Of a stretch of DNA of 64,000 nucleotides, positions 40,330 through 52,800 are shown piece after piece. Positions within the stretch are counted from its first letter, which is position 1; every line of letters begins with the position of its first letter. A program made the position numbers and the translations under genes. This DNA is from Octopus vulgaris. Lineage: Eukaryota. The DNA lies in assembly GCA_951406725.2 (NCBI GenBank), contig OX597841.1, positions 23,684,001 to 23,748,000 on the forward strand, read 5' to 3'. Below the pieces are notes generated by a model. It was not told the origin of the DNA and did no database searches. It saw nothing but the letters and a program-made list of their open reading frames with translations.

Positions 40330-42680
40330 ATGGTTGTGGTGGTGGTAGTTGTAGTAGTGGTGGTAATGGTGATGATTGCAGCAGCAGCAGTAATAGTTGT
40401 AGTAGTGTTGGTAGTAGTAGTAGTGTAGTAGTGTGGTAGTAGTAGTAGTAATAGTTGTAGTAGTGTTGGTAGTAGTAGTAATAGTTGTAGTAGTGTTGGT
40501 AGTAGTAGTAGTAATAGTTGTAGTAGTGTTGGTAGTAGTAGTAGTAATAGTTGTAGTAGTGTTGGTAGTAGTAGTAGTAATAGTTGTAGTAGTGTTGGTA
40601 GTAGTAGTAGTAGTAATAGTCGTAGTAGTGTTGGTAGTAGTAGTAGTAATAGTTGTAGTAGTGTTGGTAGTAGTAGTAGTAATAGTTGTAGTAGTGTTGG
40701 TAGTAGTAGTAGTAATAGTTGTAGTAGTGTTGGTAGTAGTAGTAGTAATAGTTGTAGTAGTGTTGGTAGTAGTAGTAGTAATAGTTGTAGTAGTGTTGGT
40801 AGTAGTAGTAGTAATAGTTGTAGTAGTGTTGGTAGTAGTAGTAGTAATAGTTGTAGTAGTGTTGGTAGTAGTAGTAGTAATAGTTGTAGTAGTGTTGGTA
40901 GTAGTAGTAGTAATAGTTGTAGTAGTGTTGGTAGTAGTAGTAGTAATAGTTGTAGTAGTGTTGGTAGTAGTAGTAGTAATAGTTGTAGTAGTGTTGGTAG
41001 TAGTAGTAGTAATAGTTGTAGTAGTGTTGGTAGTAGTAGTAGTAATAGTTGTAGTAGTTTTGGTAGTAGTAGTAATATTTGTAGTAGTGTTAGTAGTAGT
41101 AATAGTTGTAGTAGTGTTGGTAGTAGTAGTAATAGTTGTAGTAGTGTTGGTAGTAGTAGTAATAGTTGTAGTAGTGTTGGTAGTAGTAATAGTTGTAGTA
41201 GTGTTGGTAGTAGTAGTAGTAATAGTTGTAGTAGTGTTGGTAGTAGTAGTAATAGTTGTAGTAGTGTTGGTAGTAGTAGTAATAGTTGTAGTAGTGTTGG
41301 TAGTAGTAGTAGTAATAGTTGTAGTAGTGTTGGTAGTAGTAGTAGTAGTAATAGTTGTAGTAGTGTTGGTAGTAGTAGTAGTAATAGTTGTAGTAGTGTT
41401 GGTAGTAGTAGTAGTAATAGTTGTAGTAGTGTTGGTAGTAGTAGTAGTAATAGTTGTAGTAGTGTTGGTAGTAGTAGTAGTAATAGTTGTAGTAGTGTTG
41501 GTAGTAGTAGTAGTAATAGTTGTAGTAGTGTTGGTAGTAGTAGTAGTAATAGTTGTAGTAGTGTTGGTAGTAGTAGTAGTAATAGTTGTAGTAGTGTTGG
41601 TAGTAGTAGTAGTAATAGTTGTAGTAGTGTTGGTAGTAGTAGTAGTAATAGTTGTAGTAGTGTTGGTAGTAGTAGTAGTAATAGTTGTAGTAGTGTTGGT
41701 AGTAGTAGTAGTAATAGTTGTAGTAGTGTTGGTAGTAGTAGTAGTAATAGTTGTAGTAGTGTTGGTAGTAGTAGTAGTAATAGTTGTAGTAGTGTTGGTA
41801 GTAGTAGTAATAGTTGTAGTAGTGTTGGTAGTAGTAATAGTTGTAGTAGTGTTGGTAGTAGTAGTAATAGTTGTAGTAGTGTTGGTAGTAGTAGTAATAG
41901 TTGTAGTAGTGTTGGTAGTAGTAATAGTTGTAGTAGTGTTGGTAGTAGTAGTAGTAATAGTTGGTAGTAGTAGTAATAGTTGTAGTAGTGTTGGTAGTAG
42001 TAGTAGTAATAGTTGTAGTAGTGTTGGTAGTAGTAGTAGTAATAGTTGTAGTAGTGTTGGTAGTAGTAGTAATAGTTGTAGTAGTGTTGGTAGTAGTAAT
42101 AGTTGTAGTAGTGTTGGTAGTAGTAGTAATAGTTGTAGTAGTGTTGGTAGTAGTAGTAATAGTTGTAGTAGTGTTGGTAGTAGTAATAGTTGTAGTAGTG
42201 TTGGTAGTAGTAGTAGTAATAGTTGTAGTAGTGTTGGTAGTAGCAGTAGCTGTGATGGTAGTCATTGTTGTAGCAGCCGTAGTAGCAGTAGTGGTGGTGT
42301 TTGCAGTAATAATAGTGGTAGTAGTTGTGATGGTTGTTGTAGTAGTGTTGGTAGCGGCCGTAGTATTAGTAGTAGTAGTTGTGGCAGTGGTGGTGTTTGT
42401 AGTAATAATGGTTGTTGTAGTTGTTATCATAGTAGCAGTAGCTGTGATGGTGGTTGTAGTAGTGGTGATTGTAGTTATAGTAGTAGTTGTGATGGTTGTA
42501 GTAGTGGTGGTGGTGCTGATGGTGGTTGTAGGAGTAGCTGTGATGGTAGTGGTTGTAGTTGTAGTGGTGGTAGTAGTAGTGGTGATTGTAGTTGTAGTAG
42601 TTGTGATGGTTGTAGTAATGGTGGTGGTGATTATAGTAACTGGTTGTGTTGGTAGTGGTTGTAGTAGCCACTTGATCTTC
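40330..42680. repeat. (GTA)n-based compound satellite with ~33-bp higher-order unit
   Basis: GTAGTAGTAGTAGTAATAGTTGTAGTAGTGTTG repeated, degenerating at both ends. Confidence 0.95.
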
Positions 42681-43223
42681 AACTAGTTGCATTGACAGAT
42701 TTAAGCGGACACTACTACAACAGTGGCCACCTCATAAACCATCACACTACCACCAGCACCCATACCTACTTCCTCACCATGACCACCACTACCACATTCA
42801 CCATGTATTGTTGCCATTATGCCACCACCACCATCATCACTGTTGGTGGTAGTAGTAGCTGTGATGGTAGTGTTTGTAGTGGTGGTGATTGTAGTACCAC
42901 CATCATCATCATCATCACTGTATTACTTCTACTTCTACTACCGTCAAACTACCACCGCATCACTTACCCATACTATGTCACCCACTATCGTTGCCACCTC
43001 TGTTTCCATCACCCTATGATACCTCTACCACCACCACCACCACCACCACCATCACCACTTAGTTCTACTTCCTCTCCATCATTGCATCACCACACGTACC
43101 ACCTTCATCATTACGTCACCCTTGCCTGCGAACACATTGCCAATGCCGCCTTCCCCGACATAACCACCACCACCACACACATTCGCATACATATACATAC
43201 ATACACACATACATACATACACT

Positions 43224-43261
<38 letters not shown>

Positions 43262-43270
43262 TACATACAC

Positions 43271-43309
<39 letters not shown>

Positions 43310-43488
43310 CATATACACACACATACATACACACACACATATATATATATATATACACATACATATATATATATACACACACATATACATATACATACAT
43401 ATACACACACTTACATACATGTATATATATACATATACATACACACATACATACGTGTACATACATACACATACATATACACACATAC

Positions 43489-43535
<47 letters not shown>

Positions 43536-44049
43536 CACACACACATATACACACACATATATATGTACACACACATGACTATGAATAGAGCTACGCATAC
43601 ATACATATAGCTTGCCTTCGCCACTACCACCACCACCACCACCATCACCCCCACCAATACCATCATCACCATCTGCGTATTTAAACCACTTGTAACACAA
43701 GTATTCTTACAACCAATTGTAGTAGTATTAGTAGAAGTGGTGGTGGCAGCAGCTGTAGTAATGATGGTAGTAATAACAGCAGCAGTAGTAGTAGTAGTAG
43801 TAGTAATGGTAGTAGTATTGGCACTGCTAGTAACTGTAGTAGTAGTAGTAGTAGTGGTGGTAGTATTGATAGACGCTTTTCAAATTAATGTCGGAGGTCG
43901 TTAGACTTGCGTCCAGATCTGTACAGCTGTCTGGTGTGTGTATATATTTTGTGGCAGGAACTGTACAAGACGATACAGAGTTTGAAGAAGGAAGGAAGGA
44001 AGGAGAAGAGAAGAGTTACCCCCTTCTCCATTCATATATTAACACACAA

Positions 44050-44082
<33 letters not shown>

Positions 44083-44379
44083 CATATATATATACGCACA
44101 CACACCTACACACACATATATATATATATGTGATATAGGCATCCAACTCTCACATTTACCTGTATGTGCTTTGTGCGGTAGATCTTGAAAATGTTGCTGT
44201 TTTCAACGGTAAGAAGTTATTATGGCATTCGTAGAAGTGGGTGGGTGGATAGTCGTGGCTTTGGACTGGGTAGAAGTCCGGTAACTTGTCTATTGTTTTT
44301 GTTTATGTCTGTGGCGGTGGTCATGGTATAAGCTTGTACAAAGAAAAAAACATTTTCTTTTCCTTTCTTTAGCTTGTTT

Positions 44380-44428
<49 letters not shown>

Positions 44429-44429
44429 T

Positions 44430-44755
44430 GAGGGCGCGTGGCTTAGTGGTTAGGGCATTCGGCTCATGATCGTAAGGTTGTGAGTTCGATTCCCGGCGAC
44501 GCGTTGTGTCCTTGAGCAAGACACTTTATTTCACGTTGCTCCAGTCCACTCAGCTGGCAAAAATGAGTTGTACTTGTATTTCAAAGGGTCAGCCTTGTCA
44601 CTCTCTGTGTCACGCTGATTATCCCCGAGAACTACGTTAAGGGTACACGTGTCTGTGGAATGCTCAGCCATTTGCACGTTAATTTCACGAGCAAGCTGTT
44701 CCGTTGATCGTATCAGCTGGGACCCTCGTCGTCGTAACCGGCGGAGTCTTTTTTT
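44430..44755 (+). mobile_element. tRNA-derived SINE (family D), full length
   Basis: TGGCTTAGTGGTTAGG A-box, GAGTTCGATTCCC B-box and an oligo-T end. Confidence 0.88.
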
Positions 44756-44770
44756 TAATATATATATGAT

Positions 44771-44815
44771 AAACTGTCCGACGAACGGGAACGTGAAACT
44801 CAGAGTAACAGGTTT
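44771..44815 (+). ncRNA. Minimal type-I hammerhead ribozyme-like motif (Penelope-type, U4C core variant)
   Basis: Stem I CUGU/ACAG; core CCGACGA; stem II ACG-GGAA-CGU; GAAA; stem III ACUC-A-GAGU; GUA cleavage triplet ending at 44807. Confidence 0.6.
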
Positions 44816-45343
44816 TGTTGAATTTCTGCTGCCTTTAAATAAAGCGTATTACTCTACCCCTGGTATTTGAGTACTCTTTTTTCCACCTTGTTTCACATTT
44901 ATGTGTTTACTCTGGTATATATATATATATAGATAGATATATATTTGGTTATTTTTGACTTGTTTTGATCATTGAACTGTGTGACCCCTGGTGGGACACT
45001 TCTGCTTTGGAAGGCTTTTTTTTTCTCTTCTTTCTTTTGAGTCTGATACTCACTTTATCAGGCCCATTCATCAAACCACTAAGTTACAGGGATGTAAATA
45101 AACCAACACCAATTGTCGAGTGATGAGGGTACAAACACACACACAGACACATTTATATAGGTATGATAGATCGTTAGCCACTACACACATTTTTTTCTCT
45201 CCTTGTTTTTTCTGTGTCCCTTTCTGTAGAAGAGTCTAGGCTCGAAACATAAAAGACTTTTTCTATTCCTGAGCATTATACTAATTCATCTGTTTGTTTT
45301 GTACACCACCTGTCTTCGTCTTTTGTTTTTCGTAAACTCTCCC

Positions 45344-45377
<34 letters not shown>

Positions 45378-45454
45378 TATACATGCACATATATATACCT
45401 GTATATACATACGTATACATATATATATATATATAATAAAAAATAAATGCGCCC

Positions 45455-45690
45455 TTTTAAAGCCTAGCCAGGCTCATGGGCCCAGTTTCTCGGTTTCTAT
45501 GGCGTATGTGTTCCCCAGCTGGACGGGACGCCGGTCCATGGCAGCGTTACTCTTTTTTGCCAGCTGAGTGGACTTGAGCAACATGAAATGAAGTGTTTTG
45601 CTCATAACACAATGCATCGCCTGGTCCAGGAATTGAAACCACAATCTTACGATCATGGTGCTGACACCCTAACCACTAAGCCACGTGCCT
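45455..45690 (-). mobile_element. tRNA-derived SINE, minus strand
   Basis: Reverse complement begins GAGGCACGTGGCTTAGTGGTTAGGGTG...GGTTTCAATTCC. Confidence 0.8.
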
Positions 45691-45691
45691 C

Positions 45692-45779
<88 letters not shown>

Positions 45780-46222
45780 TGTATGTATATGTACACATGT
45801 ACTTCCACATAGTTTCTCTCTACTAAATCGACTCGCAAGGCATTGGTTGGCCTGGGGTTATAGAAAAAGACATTTGTCCAAGGTGCTGCTCAGCAGGAAT
45901 GAACCAGAAACCCTGTAATTACAAAATGAACCACTTTACCACACCTTCACCTATACTTATCTTATCATCTTTACCTTATTTGTTTGTCTGTGTGTCTGAG
46001 TGTATTGTGTTGAGTGAGAGATGAAAGGGATTTGATTAGATAAGCTCTGAGGGTTTTTACTGCATTTTTCTGGCATCAGGATTAACATAGTCGACAATAT
46101 AAACAAGCAGATTATTATATAGATACTTCACTTCCATGTTGCCTCTTTTATAATAGCCAAATTTATCTGTGACTTTACTGCTAGACAAATACATGCCATA
46201 AAGCTTCCAAATCTATTATTAA

Positions 46223-46996
46223 CCCTTTCGTTACCAACCCGGCTGAAACCAGCTCTGGCTCTCAATACAAATGTCTTGTTTTCAAAAGTTCTGAATTAAA
46301 ATCTTCCACCAAAACTTAGTCACAATTTATGTTCCTAACACTAGCTTAATGATAACTAAGTTATTTTACTAAACTTTTTGTTATATTTAAAATTAATTGA
46401 AAAAAGCACAGAGCATCTCAACAGAAATATGGTAACAAAAGGGTTGAAATATATAACAGAGAAACAATTCTCAACCCTTTTTGGTACCAACCTGGTTAAA
46501 ACCACCTCTGGCTCTGTGGTAAAATGTCTTGTTTTCATAAGTTTTGAATTGAAATCTTCCACCAAACCTTAGTCGCAATTTATGTTCCTAACACTAGCTT
46601 AATGATAACTAAGTTATTTTACTAAACTTTTTGTTATATTTAAAATTAATTGAAAAAAGCACAGAGCATCTCAACAGAAATATGGTAACAAAAGGGTTGA
46701 AATATACAATAGAGAAACAATTCTCAACCCTTTTTGGTACCAACCAGGTTTTGTTTTCATAAGTTTTGAATTAAAATCTTCCACCAAACCCTAGTCACAA
46801 TTTATGTTCCAAACACTAGCTGAATGATAATTAGGTTATTTTACTAAATTCTTTGTTATATTTAAAATTAATTGAAAAAAGCACAGAGCATCTCAACAGA
46901 AATATGGTAACAAGTTGTTTTACTAAATTCTTAGTTATATTTAAAGTAATCGAAAGAAATACAGAGCATCTCAAAATAAATACAGTAACAAAAGGG
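46223..46996. mobile_element. Tandemly repeated piggyBac-like MITE (~253-bp period) abutting the CHTOP acceptor
   Basis: TTAA|CCCTTTCGTTAC ... GTAACAAAAGGG|TTAA termini; internal unit repeated about 3 times. Confidence 0.65.
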
Positions 46997-47043
46997 TTAA
47001 TATCCTCTGTGTTTTATCATTCTCTTTGCAGATATCCAATAAG

Positions 47044-47105
47044 ATGGCTCAAGTCCCTGCTAAGATAGTGCTAAAGAGCACTACAAGGATGTCACTGAAT
47101 GACCG
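47044..47105 (+). CDS. CHTOP: CHTOP first conserved coding exon (exon spans 47032-47105)
   Basis: Acceptor TTCTCTTTGCAG|47032, AAGATGG start, and donor CG|GTGAG. MAQVPAKIVLKSTTRMSLNDR matches the CHTOP N-terminus as recalled (KVVLKSTTKMSLNER). Confidence 0.93.
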
Positions 47106-47526
47106 GTGAGAAAATATTGCCTTCCGTTTGGAAATTGATTTTATTTCAACTTGGCTTTGCTCAGGCAGATCATATATATATATATGTATATATATCTATA
47201 TATAAATATATATATATATTTATAAATATTATATATATATTATAAATATTATATATATATATTTGATATATTATAAAAATTATATATAATTTTATATATT
47301 GTGAATATATTTTATATATTACAAATATATATATTTTATATATATATATTATAAACATATTATGTATATTTTTATATATATAAAGGAAGTATGCTTTCAA
47401 AATGGTCTGCGAAATAAATATATATATTTGAATAAAGTTAAGTTTATGAAAATGCAACAAAAGTGCTACCCTGATGACTTATTATGTGGGTTGGTGGCTC
47501 TGGCGGCGGCCACAGCAGCATCGGTT

Positions 47527-47806
47527 GTGGGACTCGGTCGTCGAGGGGGAGAGGTGAGGGTGTGGGTGAGTGTAGAGGGGGCCCTGTGCGTGGCGTCTTG
47601 ACTCGGGCTGTGATGTCGGAGGGGGCCCTGGCCCACTCTTCCGTTGCCTCCTCGTCCATGGTATGATGGGCCGCAATCTCTCACCCCCGTGCGTCTCGCT
47701 CCGAGTTGTTCATGGCCACGCCCTCTTTTGGGTTTACTCCGCTACACTACATTCCACCCTCACTCCCTGCCTCCTCACCACCCTGTGTCTCTTCTCGACT
47801 CCCCAC
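47527..47806 (+). promoter_or_regulatory. Predicted long GC-rich intronic RNA stem-loop
   Basis: Eight short helices in nested order, e.g. GUGAGGGUG 47554 / CACCCUCAC 47755, GCGUGGC 47588 / GCCACGC 47715, ACUCGGG 47601 / UCCGAGU 47700. Confidence 0.6.
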
Positions 47807-48213
47807 TTGCCATCCTTCTCCATTTCAGCATTCTCTGTCATCACCATCGTCATCATCTTTCTGCCATCAACATGTCCTCAAAGACTGATTCTCTCCCTCC
47901 TTGTCGATTCTTGTCCACAACTTGCCAGCCAGCCAGCCAGCCAACCAACTGACTAACCAGCCAGCCAGCCAGCTGGGTGGTGACACACAACAGTTGCCTC
48001 TCTTTTCTTTTGTTCTTTCTTTCTTTCTTGCTCTCTTCCTCTGTTGTTGTGTTGCCTCACGTCAGCCCACAGTCACAGTGGTAGCCACATCTGAGCTTAA
48101 TTCCAAAAAGGGCAAAAAAAAAAAATAAATACCACATAATATCTATACATGTCCATGTATATACACTCTCTCAATACACACATACACACACACATATATG
48201 CATATAAATATAT

Positions 48214-48294
<81 letters not shown>

Positions 48295-48441
48295 TAAATG
48301 TATACGTGTGTATAACATAGTTGTGTGCATGTATTGTATAAAATGTATGCACATACTGTGGTAAGTGTATACATTCCAGCTCTGATCCTAAAATGCTACA
48401 AAGTGGTGTGTAGAATTTACATGTGTATATAAATGTTTGTA

Positions 48442-48475
<34 letters not shown>

Positions 48476-48529
48476 TATATGGACGCACGTTTCTGGATTA
48501 GAGTCATAAGATTAATTTCCTTTATCAAC

Positions 48530-48701
48530 ATAATATTCCGATAAATATATCTAGAAATGCTAGGAAATCTTACCCTCCATATTTCCGACCAAGCGACGTG
48601 GATATGCTGATTAGCTTCTGTATGTTCCGATGTCGCTTGGTCGGAAATATAAGAAGGTAAGATTTCCTAGCGTTTCTTAGATTTATTTACCGGAATATTA
48701 T
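48530..48701. repeat. Imperfect inverted repeat (~70-bp arms)
   Basis: ATAATATTCCG...CTAGGAAATCTTACC...ATATTTCCGACCAAGCGAC / GTCGCTTGGTCGGAAATAT...GGTAAGATTTCCTAG...CGGAATATTAT. Confidence 0.85.
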
Positions 48702-48719
48702 ATATGTATATATATATAT

Positions 48720-49296
48720 ATTCTTTTATTTGTTTCAGTCATTTGACTGCAGCCATCCTGGAGCACAACAATTAGTTGAACAAACCGATCCTAGTACTTA
48801 TTCTGTCGGAATCTTTTGCTGAACTGCTAAGTTACGGGGGAGATAGTAAACACACCAGCATCGGTTATCAAGCGATCGGGTGGAGGGACAAACACAGACA
48901 CACAAACATATACATATTTGTATATGACGGGCTTCTTTCGGTTTCCATCTACCAAATCCATTCACAAGGCTTTGGTCGGCCCAAAGCTATTCTTTGTAAG
49001 CCTAGTACTTATTCTGTCGGAATCTTTTGCTGAACTGCTAAGTTACGGGGACATAGTAAACACACCAGCATCGGTTATCAAGCGATCGGGTGGAGGGACA
49101 AACACAGACACACAAACATATACATATTTGTATATGACGGGCTTCTTTCGGTTTCCATCTACCAAATCCATTCACAAGGCTTTGGTCGGCCCAAAGCTAT
49201 AGCAGAAGACACTTCCCCAAGGTGCCACGCAGTGGGATGAACCCAGAACCATGTAGTTAGTAAGCAAGATTCTTACCATGCAGCCACTCATGCACC
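48720..49296 (-). mobile_element. Family-B SINE (minus) with internal 210-bp duplication
   Basis: CTAGTACTTATTCTGTCGGAATC at 48791 and 49001. Confidence 0.85.
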
Positions 49297-49999
49297 TTAA
49301 TCCGTTCGTGGCCGTTTGCCAGCTCTGTCTGGCACCTGTGCAGGTGGCACGTAAAAAGCACCTACTACACTCACGGAGTGGTTGGCATTAGGAAGGGCGT
49401 CCAGCCGTAGGAACACTTCCAAATCTGACTGGGCCTGATGAAGCCTTCCGGCTTCACAGACCCCAGTTAAACCGTCCAACCCATGCTAGCATGGAAAGCG
49501 GACGCTAAACGATGATGATGATGTGCTAGCCTGTTGGAATACCCTGGTCTGTACCTTGCTGTACTCAAGAGGACCCATCCTCCACAGTAGAAGCATTAAG
49601 GCTGCATCTCTTGGTGAAGAGGATTGGCCTGCAAAAGTTTTGTGCTGGTGCCTCATGAAAGTGCCTGTGCCAATGGTATGTATATGGCGGTGCCCCAGCA
49701 TGGCCACAGCTCATGAGCTGAAACTAGAATCAATCATATGCACGCTCGTGCCAGTGCCGCTTGAAAAACACCCTTCGCACACTGTAAAGTGGTTGGCATT
49801 AGGAAGGGCATCCAGCTGTAGAAACCAAACCAAATTGCACTGGAATCCGGTGCGGCTCTCTGGTCTGGCTTGCCAGCTCCAACCCATGCCAGCATGGAAA
49901 AACACATCAAAGGATGATGATGATGATTTTACCGCACCAGGCAACTGAGAGCAAAAACAAATGCAGCATAAGGAAAATACAACATATTTCTCCCTAGAA

Positions 50000-50500
50000 A
50001 AGTGCCTGCAAACATCCAGATTAGATATATCAATGAAACAGGCCCCTTTTGCAAAGTTTTCCTCTTCCCCAATGCCCGCTCTGATATGGTCTTGGAAAAG
50101 TGACTGCATTCCAGGTTCAGATGGGAGTCCTTAGCTCATGCTGCCTTGCTCTTGATAGCAAGTGCCAATGAGCCATTGGCCCTATGGGGCTGTCCATCAC
50201 CACTTCTCATAAGGCAGCCAAAGGGTTTCAAATCAGGAGGTATTTGGGGCTTAAAAGATCGTCTTTGGGGAGTGGTTTACACCTTTTTCTTGCTGCATGT
50301 GTATTGCTCTCTCTTTCTTCCTTTGGACGTGTACCTGATGTCCTCATCTGCGATGCATCATACAGTGGACTCTGCCACCTTGAGATTGGAGGCCCTGCAA
50401 TATGCTAAATTTTTCAATGTTTGTGTCCAGGGTCTTTTTCCTGGTAAAACTCACCCACTCCGATGACTACAGTTTACTAAAGTTGTGTTCACAAATGGCT
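50000..50500 (-). mobile_element. Possible highly decayed Tc1/mariner transposase remnant
   Basis: PPDLKPFG on the minus strand near 50240 resembles SPDLNPLD; otherwise weak. Confidence 0.3.
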
Positions 50501-51148
50501 GGCATACCTGATATATATATATTTATATATATATGTATATTTGCATGCATGTTTATATACACTCTCAGACACCTCAGTAGCCAAGAAAAATATATTACCA
50601 AAATAATAATAGTAATATTATTAATAATAATATTATAATGTTCTATGCTTGCATGAAAAAAAAAATAACAATATGATAAATATTGAGGATCAAATCCAGA
50701 GCTGGGATCGTCAGAAATAAGATTTCTGGTTTTGCTGCAACTCCCTTATCCCTTGCCATCACAACATTCTCTCTCTGTCATACACACTTTTGTGTAAGCC
50801 CATTGCTTTCTTAAATACCATACACCTTGAGAGAGAGTGAGGACGTACGCAGCCTTGATGACGGAACCTAACCCATCCACATCGATCCTGAATGGCTGCG
50901 TCTCTGCCACTCTTGGCTCATCACCATTTCTACTACCTCTGTTCTTCTGCTGGCACACTGTTCTTTCTTTCTACCCTCATTGTGTCACACTGTGCCATTT
51001 CTGTTTTCACCATACTACTGTTCTACCTTCTTTTGGACTTTGGTACGACCTCTTCACTACGGCCCCTATTCCGTCCCGCACCTTGTCCAATGGGTCTACA
51101 TCCTGCCACTCCTACTCCCTAATCACTTCCACTCACCTGTATCTAACA

Positions 51149-51722
51149 CTAGCAGTATTGCCCGGCTCAACGGGGGTTTCAGGGAGTCGCTGGCGATGTA
51201 TCGCGATGATCAAAAATCCGGCCTGCTAAAATTTGGTTAAAGTGATTCAAACTGCAGACTCAATGCAAAATGGTCACATTTAATTCAAAGCGTTAAAAAT
51301 GTTATGAAAACAATTGGTATTTGTTCACAAAGTCCAAACGATTAATACGAAAAAACCCTCCAGGCTACATCCTGAAAATTCATTTCTTTACCGAATTTCT
51401 ACAATGTTTACGGCGATTCGTTTTTATATCTTGATTTTTTATTTTCCATGCAATTTACGCATGCTTGCACACGTGGTGAACACAGTTCATGTCAAACAGC
51501 TGACTGAGTAAAGTTCACTATTCAATGCATGGGATAAGGCCTAAACAAACACATTATCGATTTTTGCACTTGTGAGATGAATTTCGAAACAGAAATAGCG
51601 CAGTTCAATTTTCATTTGCCTAAACTTTAAGTGACCCATTTTTGATGGTTCTACGATTTGTTGGCTAGATGTGCCGGGAAGTTAAACACACAGACACACA
51701 AGTTGAGTTCTATATATATAGA
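51149..51722 (-). mobile_element. Non-autonomous Helitron
   Basis: Plus strand begins A|CTAGCAGTATTGCCCGG and ends TATATATATAGA|T, i.e. TC...CTAG on the minus strand. Confidence 0.8.
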
Positions 51723-51839
51723 TGTCTCTAACTCTTTTAAGATGGAATTGTGTGGATCATAGAAATTTAGCTGCCGTTTCTAACAGGCTAACCGACTTTA
51801 TTGAGACTTTCTAGTTGCACTGTACTATATTTAGTTATC

Positions 51840-52800
51840 GCTGTTGAACCCTAGGTCTGCTCTGATCCAGATGTTTCAGCTGTTACCTTCCTTTATTCAG
51901 GCAAAGTCTACCTAAGCCTACATTACTCAATGTATCCTTCCTTGTTCTTGTTGCTTTGCTCCAGAGGTGACCATCATGTCATTTATTTAGACATAATGTA
52001 TCTAGGACTACACTATCCATTGTGTCCTTCCTAGCTCTTGTGGTTTAACCCTAGGTTGGCTCTGATCCAGCAAACCTATGATCATCCTGGCTTCTATTGA
52101 AATGGATTGTGTCTCTGACTGCATTATTTAATGTGCCATTCCTAGTTTTTGGTCCAGAGGTGACCATCCTGTCATATAGTTTAACATAGTGTATCTAGGA
52201 CTACATTATCTAATGTGTCGTTCCTAGTTCTTGTTTAGCCACAGGTCAGTCCTGATCCAGCAGACCTATGATCAAAGATATTCCAGCTGTGACCATCCTG
52301 TCTTTTATTATTCAGGCATAGTGTATCTAGGAGTACATTATCTAATGTGTCCTTCCTTGTTGTTGTTTAGCCACAGGTCAGTCCTGATCCAGCAGACCTA
52401 TGATCAAAGACATTCCAGCTGTGACCATCCTGTCTTTTATTATTCATGCATCGTGTATCTAGGAGTACATTATCTAATGTGTCCTTCCTTGTTGTTGTTT
52501 AGCCACAGGTCAGTCCTGATCCAGCAGACCTATGATCAAAGATGTTCCAGCTGTGACCATCCTGTCTTTTATTATTCATGCATAGTGTATCTAGGAGTAC
52601 ATTATCTAATGTGTCCTTCCTTGTTGTTTAGCCACAGGTCAGTCCTGATTCAGCATGCTCCAAAGTACTACTGGAGGTAACTAGCCTGTCGTTAATTCAG
52701 ACATAGTGTACCTAAGAGTACATCATCTAATGTGTCCTTCGGGTCTTGTTTAGCCCCAGGTCAGTCTCGATCCAGCATGATCGTAAGTGCCACCAGTGGT
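51840..52800. repeat. Degenerate-to-young tandem repeat (132-bp period in 52200-52660)
   Basis: TACATTATCTAATGTGTC at 52202, 52334 and 52466. Segment 51886-52074 is the source of the 61140 array. Confidence 0.85.

Noticed and set aside
40433-42682. 740-aa poly-Val and 530-aa Thr/Tyr ORFs
   Set aside because: Translations of a (GTA)n compound satellite, with no splice or homology support.
44430-44505. tRNA gene (also at 22490 and in SINE-B heads)
   Set aside because: A/B boxes run straight into SINE bodies and no complete acceptor stem was seen.
48530-48701. Hammerhead or pre-miRNA in this palindrome
   Set aside because: No consistent hammerhead core could be assembled and there is no evidence for miRNA processing; kept only as an inverted repeat.
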